DNA of 22,443 nucleotides from Chloroflexia bacterium (GTDB lineage Bacteria; Chloroflexota; Chloroflexia; DTKN01): NCBI GenBank assembly GCA_034436115.1, contig DAOTVY010000039.1, positions 1 to 22,443 of the forward strand, read 5' to 3'. Shown piece by piece: positions 14,883 to 22,443 of this stretch (position 1 is its first letter; each line of letters starts with the position of its first letter). The notes under the pieces were generated by a model. It saw only the letters and a program-made list of their open reading frames with translations, ran no database searches and was not told where the DNA came from. The position numbers and the translations under genes were made by a program.

Positions 14883-15710
14883 TCAGGCGCGGATTCCCTC
14901 AGCCGTTCGGCGTGCGACCGCCAGATGGAAGGTATGCACCGCTTCCAGGGGTGCCTCAAGCCGTGCACCGGTCTCCCGCAGCCAGCCGCGCACTTCGTCG
15001 AGCGCGGCCTGGTGGACGGCCTCCGGCACGGCCCAGGCGTCGGAAAAGACGCGTTCCTCGATGGTGCGAAGCACATCGGCGAGACAAGTGCGGGTTGTCC
15101 AGGAAGCCACGTCCTCTTCCACAACCAGCTGGAAACCCATCCCTTCCAGGGCGCAAAGGACACGCCTTGGATCGTGCTCACCCGGGCGGTCGACGCTTGC
15201 CCCGCATGCGACGACAGCCTTCCGCCACCGTTCCCGGACCTCCGCCAGCCGACTTCCGGGATCCGCGTGCCCTCCCCACCCGAGGAGGAAAGCACCGGCG
15301 GGGCGTAACACGCGTGCTGCCTCCCGTAACCCATTCTGCCACCCAGCCACCAGGTGGAACACGTGCACCGCCAGGACCGCATCGAAGGCGCGAGCAGGAA
15401 AAGGCAGCGCGGTGACATCTCCTTCCACCACCCCAATGCGCCATCCTTCGGGCTTTGCCCGCAGCACTTCGAGCATCGAGCGAGAAAGGTCGATTCCCCA
15501 CACGGCAAGCCCTTCTGCCAGGAGTGGCAGGGCCAGCCGCCCGGTACCAACGCCCAGCTCGAGCAGACGATCTCCCGGCTGCAGACCCGCCAGTCGGCAG
15601 ATCCCACGCGCGACCTGGCGATCGACCCCTGGCGGGAAGCCCCGGGTGCGGTCATAGAAGGCCGCGGCACGGTCAAAAGCCAGAGAGGCTACCGAAGGCC
15701 TCGATCCCAT
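14883..15710 (-). CDS. Class I SAM-dependent methyltransferase
   Basis: Motif I LLELGVGTGRLALPL and the post-I acidic GIDLS are present, in an overall Rossmann MTase layout. ATG at 15710 is preceded by GGAGGGAAAGGGG. The ORF-track start at 15725 is a TTG 7 nt after the upstream stop. Confidence 0.8.
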   Translation of the reverse strand: MGSRPSVASLAFDRAAAFYDRTRGFPPGVDRQVARGICRLAGLQPGDRLLELGVGTGRLALPLLAEGLAVWGIDLSRSMLEVLRAKPEGWRIGVVEGDVTALPFPARAFDAVLAVHVFHLVAGWQNGLREAARVLRPAGAFLLGWGGHADPGSRLAEVRERWRKAVVACGASVDRPGEHDPRRVLCALEGMGFQLVVEEDVASWTTRTCLADVLRTIEERVFSDAWAVPEAVHQAALDEVRGWLRETGARLEAPLEAVHTFHLAVARRTAEGIRA

Positions 15711-15732
15711 CCCCTTTCCCTCCAACGCTCGA

Positions 15733-18700
15733 TCACCGTCGTACGATCACTTCGCCCAGATCGACAGCGTCCCCCAACACTTGGCCTTCCGGCCCAACGA
15801 CCGGCAGTCGCTCCACCGTCGCCGGGTCATATACGGCAACGATCAGGCGGTAATGCCCACGAGGCGCACCGGGTTCGACCCCAAGCGGTAGGTCCTCGCG
15901 CACCGTCTCGTTGCGCTTCCAGGTCGTCGTCGGGTGCCCCTGGCCGCCCAGGGGCACATCCACCTGGCCGAAGAGCCGTCCCGGCCCGACCACCTGGAGC
16001 GTGACCACGTAGTTCACCGGCATCGGGCCCCGACAACGCCATTCCAGGGAGACCGGAAGCGTTTCCCCTGCTGCCAGGGGGGCCCTCCGGAATTCGTAGC
16101 CCACCAATTCGAGCATGTCCCCAAAGTGCACTGCTGCCGCGGTATCCAGCGGCCGCACGTAGAGCGGCAGGGGATCGCTGGGCAATGCCGTCAGTTGCTG
16201 AACCGTCCCCTGAACGACCTGGAACTGCGCCACCGGGATCGCTTGCTCCGCCTCGTGGATCCAGAGGCTCACGAAGTAGGAACCGTCCCGGATCGGTGGC
16301 CACGCCTCTGCCCCTCCGTGGGGCGGAAGCGGCATGGCCTGCCCGTCCAGGAGCCATCGCGCTTCTCTGGCTGCAAGGTCGACTCGCAGCTGCACCGCTC
16401 CGTTTCGAGGGAGTGAGAGAGGTCCCCACCAGGCATAGTGCGCGGCGCCGCTGTAGGTGTTCTCCCAGACCTCGAGCGTCGCCCGCAGGACCCGGACCTC
16501 GGGTGTGGCTTGCCGGATCTCGATGACTAGGGACGTGTCCTGGGCTTCTGTGCGACTCAGGAAAGCGATGGCCCGGGGCACTGACAACCAGCCCGGTTGC
16601 TCTTTATCCTCCCGAACAGCTGCCCAGCAAAGGGCCGCCTGCCCGGGGCCACCCGCAGTCACCTCCACGCGTCGGGCAGATGGGTGGAGTGGGGTGCGGT
16701 AGATGGAGAAGCCAGTCGGGATCTGCAGCTCCTCCGCCGCTCCGTCGTCCCAGTGGAGCAGCCCGGGGCTTTCGGCCAGCGAAACCCAGGCCAGAAGCAG
16801 CGTGCCCGAGGCGGGTTCGTCCCAAGGGAGCGGCTCCAGCGCCAGCGACTCCCCGCCCACATAGAGGTAGAGCGGCGTATCCGGCGCGACCTTGCGACAT
16901 GGCCCCGACAGCGCCAGGAGTTGCCCTGCCAGGGGGGTCTGAGCGAGCGCCGGCTCGGCGTGCTGGCCCGCGCAGTTGCCCTGTCGGAGGTCGAGGAAGG
17001 TGCGCTGGGCTGGGTCGCGCCGGTAAAGCGCCATCCCGCCGCCCTGCCACACGCGGTCTTCCAGGGAGAGGCCCAACACGTAAGGATTGTCCCGGTGATC
17101 CAGCAGGGCATACGGGAAAGCTTCACCAGGCCGGCAATCGCTCATCCCGCTGTAGCCGGTAGAGACGGCCCCGCGCAAGGGGTGATCGCGCAGGAAGTAG
17201 GCCAGAAGGCCGGTCACGGGACCGGCGCGTTCTGGCCGGTTGGTCAGGTAGACGGGAGCTCCCGGTTCGATCAGTGGTAGTGACTGCTCCACTTGAAGGA
17301 GTTCCTGGTCGAAGAGGGCCGGCCGATCGCTATAACGAGCGATCACCCGACCACAGGACCACCCCACTAGCCCCACGAGGAGCGCGCCCAGCGCAGCGGC
17401 CGTGGCCCAAACGGTCCCACGCCTGCGCCTGGGCAAAGGCAGCGCGAACAGGCCTTGCACTCCTAGGCCCATGAAGAACGGGGCCACGTAGACGGCCCCC
17501 TTCATGAACGCGTATGGGTACGGCTGCGCGCGCCGGAGCAGCGCGGCGCCGATCGGGAACCCTTGAGCGCGAAAGAAGGCGAGTGTGCCCGCGAGCGTCC
17601 CCCGGAGCCAGAGGAGGTATAATGCCCCGGGGACAACCGTTGCCAGCCACAGCCATCGGGTACGGCAGCGGACCAGCGCCAGCAGGGATAACCCGGCAAT
17701 CCCCCACGCCGCCACGAGTTGGAGGGCGTGCAAGAAGGCCGGCACTGCCTCCGCCTGGACACCAAAGGGCGTCAGGCCCAGGATCTCCACGCCGGCAATC
17801 ATGCGGGTGAGTCCCAGGGTCGTCTTGGGGATGGAGTAGCGAAAGGCAAAACCCTGCTGGTAGTCCAAGACCGTGCCCCACGCAAGAAGCAGGGAACCTG
17901 CAGCAGCGCCCAGGCCGGCCAGGAGGCCGGACGTCCACTTGCGGGAAGAGAGAAGCTGGGCGAGCCCGAGGGCCGCGGCCATTGGCACGAAAACGGTCAA
18001 TGCGGGGTAGTAGCTGACCGGGATGGCGGCGACGGCCACGCTGGTCGCCACAACGCTGCGCAGGTCCGCATGCCGCACCGCATCCGCCAGGAGCACCAGG
18101 CCCAGTGGCACCAGCGGGAGGGACGATACCTGCATTCCAAAGTTGAGAAAGGCAAGCCAGAGCAACTGGGCATGCAGGCAGACGAGGCCCGTTGCCAGAA
18201 ACGCCCCCCACCGCTCCATCCGCATCGTGCGGCGGAACAGGAGGTAGGTTGCGAGCACTGTCAGGGCACGCAGTACCGCGAGCGTCGGGGCAAAGCTGCG
18301 CAGCGCGTCCCACCCGACCAGCTGCTGCCACATCCCCTGGGCGATGGAAAAGCCGAGCGTCAGCCCGATGCGAGGGGGATGTGCGTTCAGGTCGCGCAAT
18401 GGGCTGGGGGGCATGGCTGCGATCCCCTTAACCGGGACACGCACCAGATACTCGGCCACCGGCAAATAGTTCTCCGGGTCCCAGTTCTCTCCGATGGTCG
18501 TGATGTACCCATAAGACAAAAGCGGCAGCACGCCCAGCAGGAACGCCACGGCCGCCAGCAGGTAGGCCTCGCCGTGCGCTCGCAGGTTCAGGTGGAGCCG
18601 CTCACCACGCCTCAGCCACAGCGCGACGCCATTCAGGAGTGTCCCCAGGCCGGCCGCCAGGAGCAGCGCCTGTCGCAGGTTCAGCACCGTACGGACGCTG

Positions 18701-18864
18701 TAGTAGCCCACGAACAGGAGGAACACATAGCCGAGGAGGGGCGCAAAGAGCCCTTCGTGCTCGTGCCGCTCCCTTGGGACAAGCAACTTGACCAGTCCAT
18801 AGCCGAGGTAGGTGCAGAAGGCGAGCGCCACCGCGGCGAAGAGGAACAAAGAGATGGGCAACAA
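15733..18864 (-). CDS. Large polytopic integral membrane protein (about 560 aa with 12 or more TM helices) followed by a roughly 480-aa soluble, probably extracytoplasmic, beta-rich domain; possibly GT-C/YfhO-like glycosyltransferase-type
   Basis: The first half contains many hydrophobic helices. The C-terminal half is hydrophilic. The stop lies 22 nt upstream of the MTase ATG, so the two form an operon. A likely TTG start at 18864 or 18861 has GGGGAGG 5 nt upstream. The ORF-track start at 18918 is also TTG but lacks an SD. Function is not established from sequence. Confidence 0.75.
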   Translation of the reverse strand: MLPISLFLFAAVALAFCTYLGYGLVKLLVPRERHEHEGLFAPLLGYVFLLFVGYYSVRTVLNLRQALLLAAGLGTLLNGVALWLRRGERLHLNLRAHGEAYLLAAVAFLLGVLPLLSYGYITTIGENWDPENYLPVAEYLVRVPVKGIAAMPPSPLRDLNAHPPRIGLTLGFSIAQGMWQQLVGWDALRSFAPTLAVLRALTVLATYLLFRRTMRMERWGAFLATGLVCLHAQLLWLAFLNFGMQVSSLPLVPLGLVLLADAVRHADLRSVVATSVAVAAIPVSYYPALTVFVPMAAALGLAQLLSSRKWTSGLLAGLGAAAGSLLLAWGTVLDYQQGFAFRYSIPKTTLGLTRMIAGVEILGLTPFGVQAEAVPAFLHALQLVAAWGIAGLSLLALVRCRTRWLWLATVVPGALYLLWLRGTLAGTLAFFRAQGFPIGAALLRRAQPYPYAFMKGAVYVAPFFMGLGVQGLFALPLPRRRRGTVWATAAALGALLVGLVGWSCGRVIARYSDRPALFDQELLQVEQSLPLIEPGAPVYLTNRPERAGPVTGLLAYFLRDHPLRGAVSTGYSGMSDCRPGEAFPYALLDHRDNPYVLGLSLEDRVWQGGGMALYRRDPAQRTFLDLRQGNCAGQHAEPALAQTPLAGQLLALSGPCRKVAPDTPLYLYVGGESLALEPLPWDEPASGTLLLAWVSLAESPGLLHWDDGAAEELQIPTGFSIYRTPLHPSARRVEVTAGGPGQAALCWAAVREDKEQPGWLSVPRAIAFLSRTEAQDTSLVIEIRQATPEVRVLRATLEVWENTYSGAAHYAWWGPLSLPRNGAVQLRVDLAAREARWLLDGQAMPLPPHGGAEAWPPIRDGSYFVSLWIHEAEQAIPVAQFQVVQGTVQQLTALPSDPLPLYVRPLDTAAAVHFGDMLELVGYEFRRAPLAAGETLPVSLEWRCRGPMPVNYVVTLQVVGPGRLFGQVDVPLGGQGHPTTTWKRNETVREDLPLGVEPGAPRGHYRLIVAVYDPATVERLPVVGPEGQVLGDAVDLGEVIVRR

Positions 18865-19033
18865 ATGGACCTCCCCGTTCGGGTTCGGCTTCAGCGCAAA
18901 GCCAGACGCGGCTGGCAATGGAGGAACCGATGTGCTGTTTGGGTGTTACGGGTGGGGCGATCCGTGCCCGAGATCGGTTGAAAGGACCGCAACACCTAAG
19001 GGATCGATCGCCACCGATGCTATACTGTGGATA

Positions 19034-19062
19034 ATTATACTATGGGGGCCCCTGTCGGGCAA
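19034..19062 (-). promoter_or_regulatory. Candidate minus-strand promoter for the membrane-protein/MTase operon: TTGCCC, 17-nt spacer, TATAAT
   Basis: The minus-strand read is TTGCCCgacagggggcccccatagTATAAT. This is a perfect -10 (complement of 19034-19039) with a weak -35. It would give a leader of about 160 nt. Confidence 0.3.
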
Positions 19063-19318
19063 ATCGAGCTCCAGCGTGCGTACGGGCTTAAGGGACTCCT
19101 GCCATCACCGCGCTAGGAGAGAACGCACGGGGACGCGCGGGGGCTCCAGGAGGATAGGAGGAAACAGGGCGCTCTGCTCCGATCCAAAGCAGCGCAAAGA
19201 CACCAGAAGTGGGTTCTGCACCACGCCCCGACCGAAGTAAGGGTGCAAGGTGTCGTAAAGGTACGCCTGGCCGAGCCGCGACACGATCCGGTATCGGTGC
19301 CTTGGCCCATTCCTGTTT

Positions 19319-19347
19319 TTGTGCGCTTCGGGTGGGTATGTTATAAT
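19319..19347 (+). promoter_or_regulatory. Sigma70-like promoter for uvrA: TTGTGC, 17-nt spacer, TGt, TATAAT
   Basis: tttTTGTGCgcttcgggtgggtaTGtTATAATgaaaag. This is a perfect -10 with a TGn extended element and a 17-nt spacer. It lies 38 nt upstream of the uvrA ATG, which has the SD AAGGTGG. Confidence 0.45.
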
Positions 19348-19385
19348 GAAAAGATCGTTACTGACCCTAACCAAGGTGGCTGGGC

Positions 19386-22259
19386 ATGGGACAGGAGCGC
19401 ATCGTTGTCCGGGGCGCGCGACAGCACAACCTGAAGGGCATCGACGTCGAGATCCCGCGGAACCGCCTGGTGGTGATCACCGGGCTTTCCGGGTCGGGCA
19501 AGTCCTCCCTCGCGTTCGACACGATCTACGCCGAGGGACGGCGTCGCTACGTCGAGAGCCTTTCCGCCTATGCGCGGCAGTTTCTGGGCCAGCTCGATCG
19601 GCCGGACGTGGACGCCATCGAAGGCCTTTCCCCGACGGTGGCCATCGACCAGAAGGGCCTCAGCCGCAATCCGCGTTCTACCGTGGGGACAATGACCGAG
19701 ATCTACGACTACCTGCGGCTGCTCTTTGCCCGGGTAGGCCGGCCGCATTGTCCCGGATGTGGCCGCGAGATCCGTCGCGAGACGGCCTCGCAGATCGTGG
19801 AGCGCCTGCTGGGTCTGCCGCCGAACACCCGGTTTTCCATCCTCGCGCCGGTCCTCCGGGAGCGCAAAGCGGACTATCCGTCCGTGCTGGAAGACGTGCG
19901 CCGGGCCGGCTTTGTCCGGGTGCGCATCGATGGCCGGTTGTACGAGTTGAGCGAGGAGATCTCGCTCGACCGCTACCGTCCCCATACCATCGAAGTCGTG
20001 GTGGACCGGCTCGTTGTGCGGCAGGACGAGGCCGGGCGGGTGGTCTCCCCGGAACGGGGACGGCTGGCGGACTCGGTGGAAACTGCGTTGCGCCTGGGCG
20101 GTGGTGTGCTCATCGTGCACCAGGAGGACGGGGGAGATACGGTCTTTTCGGAACGGTTCGTGTGCGTCACCTGTGGGATTTCCCTCCCCGAAATGGAGCC
20201 GCGCAACTTTTCCTTCAACAGCCCTCACGGGGCCTGCCCGGAGTGCGACGGCCTGGGAACGGTCCTGGAGTTCGATCCCGCCCTCATTGTCCCGGACCGC
20301 TCCCTTTCGCTGGCCGGGGGGGCCATCGCCCCCTGGCAGGAACTGGGCTCGGACGCAGTGCCCGACCGTGCCTTGTTGGCCGCGCTGGCGCGGCACTACG
20401 GCTTCTCCTTGGAGACGCCCGTGAGAGAACTCTCTCCTGCCCAGATGGGGGTCCTCCTGTACGGCAGCAACGGCGAGGTAGTTTCGTGGCGCGAACGTAC
20501 CGTGGGAGGGGAAGAACGCCTGGTCGAGATGCCCTACGAAGGCGTGATCCCGCTGTTGCGCCGCCTCTACCGGGAGAGCGGCTCTGCGGGTGTCAAGGCG
20601 CAGATCGAGCGCTACATGGCGCCCCGCCCATGCCCGCGCTGTCAGGGCGCACGGCTGCGGCCGGAAAGCCTGGCGGTGAAAATCGGTGGCCTGTCCATCG
20701 CGCAGGTCAGCGCGATGTCGATTGCCCAGGCTGCCCGCTGGGTCGAGGCGTTGGCCGACCCCCACTCCACTCCCTTTTCCTCCCGGGAGGCACAGATCGC
20801 CGCTCCCATCCTGCGCGATGTCCGGGAGCGGTTGCAGTTCCTGCGCGACGTCGGGCTGGACTATCTGACCCTGGACCGTTCCACGGCGACGCTCTCGGGC
20901 GGGGAAGCCCAGCGGATCCGCCTGGCGACACAGATTGGCAGCGCGCTGGTGGGCTGCATCTACATCCTGGATGAGCCCTCCATCGGCCTTCACCCGCGCG
21001 ACAACGGACGGCTGATCGTCACGCTGAAGCGCTTGCGCGACCAGGGGAACACGGTGCTGGTGGTCGAGCACGATGCAGCGATGATCCGGGAGGCAGACTG
21101 GGTCATCGATATGGGCCCCGGAGCAGGGGAAGAGGGGGGCGAAGTTGTCGCCAGCGGCACGCCGCAGGAGATCGAGCGCAATCCGCGCTCGCTGACCGGG
21201 CAGTACCTGAGCGGCCGACGTATGATCCCGGTTCCCCGTCGCCGGCGTCCGGGGAACGGAAAGGAGCTCTTGCTCGTTGGCGCGCGCGCGCATAACCTCA
21301 AGAACTTGCAGGTGCGTATTCCCCTGGGGTGCCTGGTGTGTGTGACCGGAGTCTCGGGGTCAGGGAAAAGCACACTTGTGGCGGATACGCTCTACCGTCG
21401 CCTGGCCCAGGCGTTGCACCGCGCCAAGGATCCGCCCGGTGCCCACGACGCCCTCTACGGAATGGAGCACCTGGACAAGGTGGTCCAGATCGATCAGTCG
21501 CCGATCGGCCGCACGCCTCGGTCGAATGCCGCAACCTACACCGGTGTTTTTGCGCCCATCCGGCAGCTCTTCGCGCGTGTTCCGGAGGCCCGCATCCGTG
21601 GGTACGGCCCGGAGCGCTTTTCCTTCAATGCGAAGGGTGGGCGCTGCGAAGCGTGCGAGGGCGCCGGCATCCTTCAGGTCGAGATGCAGTTCCTGCCCGA
21701 TGTTTATGTCCCGTGCGAGGTCTGCCACGGGCTGCGTTACAACCGGGAGACCCTGGAGATTCGCTACAAGGGGCGGAACATCGCGGAGGTGCTGGATCTG
21801 ACCGTCGACGAAGCCATCGCGTTTTTCGGACGCATTCCAGCCATCCGCAGCCGCCTCCAGGCCCTGCACGACGTCGGGTTGGGCTACTTGCGCCTGGGGC
21901 AGCCGGCCCCTTCGCTTTCCGGCGGGGAAGCCCAACGCGTGAAGCTGGCTGCTGAGCTGGGACGCCGTGCCACCGGACGGACGCTCTACCTGCTCGATGA
22001 ACCCACCACCGGGCTCCATTTCGCCGATATCGAGCGGCTGCTTCAGGTGCTGAACCGCCTGGTCGATGCGGGAAACAGCGTGATCGTAGTCGAACACAAC
22101 CTGGAAGTGATCAAGGCAGCGGACTGGGTGATCGATCTGGGCCCGGAGGGCGGGGAGGCTGGCGGGAGGATCGTGGCGCAAGGCACCCCAGAAGAAGTGG
22201 CCCGGGTCCCGGAGAGCTACACAGGACAGTACCTGCGCGCGCTGCTTCTGGATACCTGA
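19386..22259 (+). CDS. uvrA: Excinuclease ABC subunit A (UvrA), 957 aa
   Basis: Two ABC ATPase modules are present ([14 protein letters not shown] at the N-terminus and a second [10 protein letters not shown]), along with ABC signature LSGGE motifs and zinc-finger cysteines (CPGCG..., CEACEG). The N-terminus is the canonical [17 protein letters not shown]. Confidence 0.95.
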   Translation: MGQERIVVRGARQHNLKGIDVEIPRNRLVVITGLSGSGKSSLAFDTIYAEGRRRYVESLSAYARQFLGQLDRPDVDAIEGLSPTVAIDQKGLSRNPRSTVGTMTEIYDYLRLLFARVGRPHCPGCGREIRRETASQIVERLLGLPPNTRFSILAPVLRERKADYPSVLEDVRRAGFVRVRIDGRLYELSEEISLDRYRPHTIEVVVDRLVVRQDEAGRVVSPERGRLADSVETALRLGGGVLIVHQEDGGDTVFSERFVCVTCGISLPEMEPRNFSFNSPHGACPECDGLGTVLEFDPALIVPDRSLSLAGGAIAPWQELGSDAVPDRALLAALARHYGFSLETPVRELSPAQMGVLLYGSNGEVVSWRERTVGGEERLVEMPYEGVIPLLRRLYRESGSAGVKAQIERYMAPRPCPRCQGARLRPESLAVKIGGLSIAQVSAMSIAQAARWVEALADPHSTPFSSREAQIAAPILRDVRERLQFLRDVGLDYLTLDRSTATLSGGEAQRIRLATQIGSALVGCIYILDEPSIGLHPRDNGRLIVTLKRLRDQGNTVLVVEHDAAMIREADWVIDMGPGAGEEGGEVVASGTPQEIERNPRSLTGQYLSGRRMIPVPRRRRPGNGKELLLVGARAHNLKNLQVRIPLGCLVCVTGVSGSGKSTLVADTLYRRLAQALHRAKDPPGAHDALYGMEHLDKVVQIDQSPIGRTPRSNAATYTGVFAPIRQLFARVPEARIRGYGPERFSFNAKGGRCEACEGAGILQVEMQFLPDVYVPCEVCHGLRYNRETLEIRYKGRNIAEVLDLTVDEAIAFFGRIPAIRSRLQALHDVGLGYLRLGQPAPSLSGGEAQRVKLAAELGRRATGRTLYLLDEPTTGLHFADIERLLQVLNRLVDAGNSVIVVEHNLEVIKAADWVIDLGPEGGEAGGRIVAQGTPEEVARVPESYTGQYLRALLLDT

Positions 22260-22443
22260 GGTTCAGACATGAGTTGGGACAAGGGGATGAACGATAGCCA
22301 GGAAGGAGGCCAAAGCCACCGCGACGATGGCCTGCCACTCACGGGTGGGAACCGACCATTTTTGCTTCCATAACACAAACAGGCCGGAATAGCGCTTCCA
22401 TTTCCCTCCTGGCAGGGAGGGAGGATTCCCAAGGCGAGGTGTT

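Noticed and set aside
14430-15676. ORFs at 14542..15657(+), 14849..15676(-), 14912..15415(+) and others overlapping the methyltransferase gene
   Set aside because: They are shadow frames. The MTase frame carries a clear SAM-binding motif I and a strong SD.
15827-18981. ORFs at 15827..16429(-), 16597..17280(+), 17330..18331(-), 17719..18981(+) and others inside the large membrane protein gene
   Set aside because: They are off-frame or antisense to a continuous 1050-aa frame with obvious TM periodicity. Their translations are Arg/Gly/Pro-rich.
19019-19045. Plus-strand TATACT hexamers as promoters for an sRNA
   Set aside because: Neither hexamer has an acceptable -35 at 16-18 nt (accgat / aaggga). 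I kept them as a low-confidence note inside a finding, not as a feature.
19343-19375. Possible LexA/SOS box (GAAC-N4-GTTC type) near the uvrA promoter: gAAAAGATCGTTACtgaccctAAC
   Set aside because: It fits the GAAC-N4-GTTC consensus poorly, because the right half-site is not GTTC. The short GTTAC..TAAC symmetry is too weak. I cannot claim SOS regulation from sequence.
19319-21534. ORFs at 19319..20974(+), 19341..21293(-) and others overlapping uvrA
   Set aside because: uvrA is unambiguous from its two Walker A motifs and signature motifs. These are frame-shifted or antisense artefacts.
22217-22432. 71-aa minus-strand ORF at the window end overlapping the uvrA 3' end, and a 34-aa plus-strand ORF from 22269
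   Set aside because: The first overlaps the uvrA stop by 43 nt and has no SD. The second is too short and too low in complexity. A real gene may begin beyond the window edge, but nothing here is supportable.
1-22443. CRISPR arrays, IS elements, integrase or recombinase genes, phage genes, toxin-antitoxin or restriction-modification systems
   Set aside because: None found. The only repeat is the intragenic 2x96-bp duplication. There are no direct or inverted terminal repeats and no transposase-like translation in any frame.

Overview
This is a high-GC bacterial chromosomal window, roughly 68% GC with coding third positions almost all G/C. The codon usage, the multi-GAF RsbU-type phosphatase and the promoter style are compatible with a thermophilic Chloroflexota-, Thermomicrobia- or Deinococcus-Thermus-like organism, but I cannot place it from sequence alone. 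I see no IS elements, integrases, CRISPR arrays, tRNA or rRNA genes.

The content, from 5' to 3', is as follows.

- **1..216:** non-coding, then a strongly signalled orphan 181-aa ORF (217..762) with its own promoter.
- **865..7410:** a compact plus-strand transcription unit: sucC, an unannotatable HExxH-motif ORF, sucD, a 2x[4Fe-4S] ferredoxin, two SCP-x-type thiolase-like paralogs and two DUF35 Zn-ribbon/OB-fold proteins. It starts at a near-consensus promoter (759..787) and ends at a strong GC hairpin (7415..7458).
- **7465..11773 (minus strand):** the same hairpin closes a convergent partner-switching operon. This is a fused RsbW-like kinase + STAS antagonist protein, followed by a 1186-aa membrane-anchored 4xGAF PP2C phosphatase.
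- **11854..11904:** a back-to-back overlapping divergent promoter pair separates that operon from an SPFH/band-7 membrane protein, which carries an internal 2x96-bp tandem duplication.
- **13518..14636:** two divergent small hypothetical genes.
- **14883..18864 (minus strand):** an operon of a roughly 1050-aa polytopic membrane protein plus a SAM-dependent methyltransferase.
- **18919..19385:** an unusually long, locally AT-rich intergenic region.
- **19386..22259:** uvrA.

The most interesting candidate for an undescribed system is the sucCD-linked ferredoxin / dual-thiolase / dual-DUF35 module together with the HExxH ORF wedged between sucC and sucD. The runner-up is the fused kinase-antagonist / giant GAF-phosphatase module, which has no sigma factor nearby.

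Several genes appear to use TTG or GTG starts: sucD, the phosphatase, the membrane protein and the 13518..14000 gene. Predicted promoters share a TTGACA-N16/17-TGnTAnnnT (extended -10) architecture. All functional calls come from motifs I read in the translations. No database search was run.
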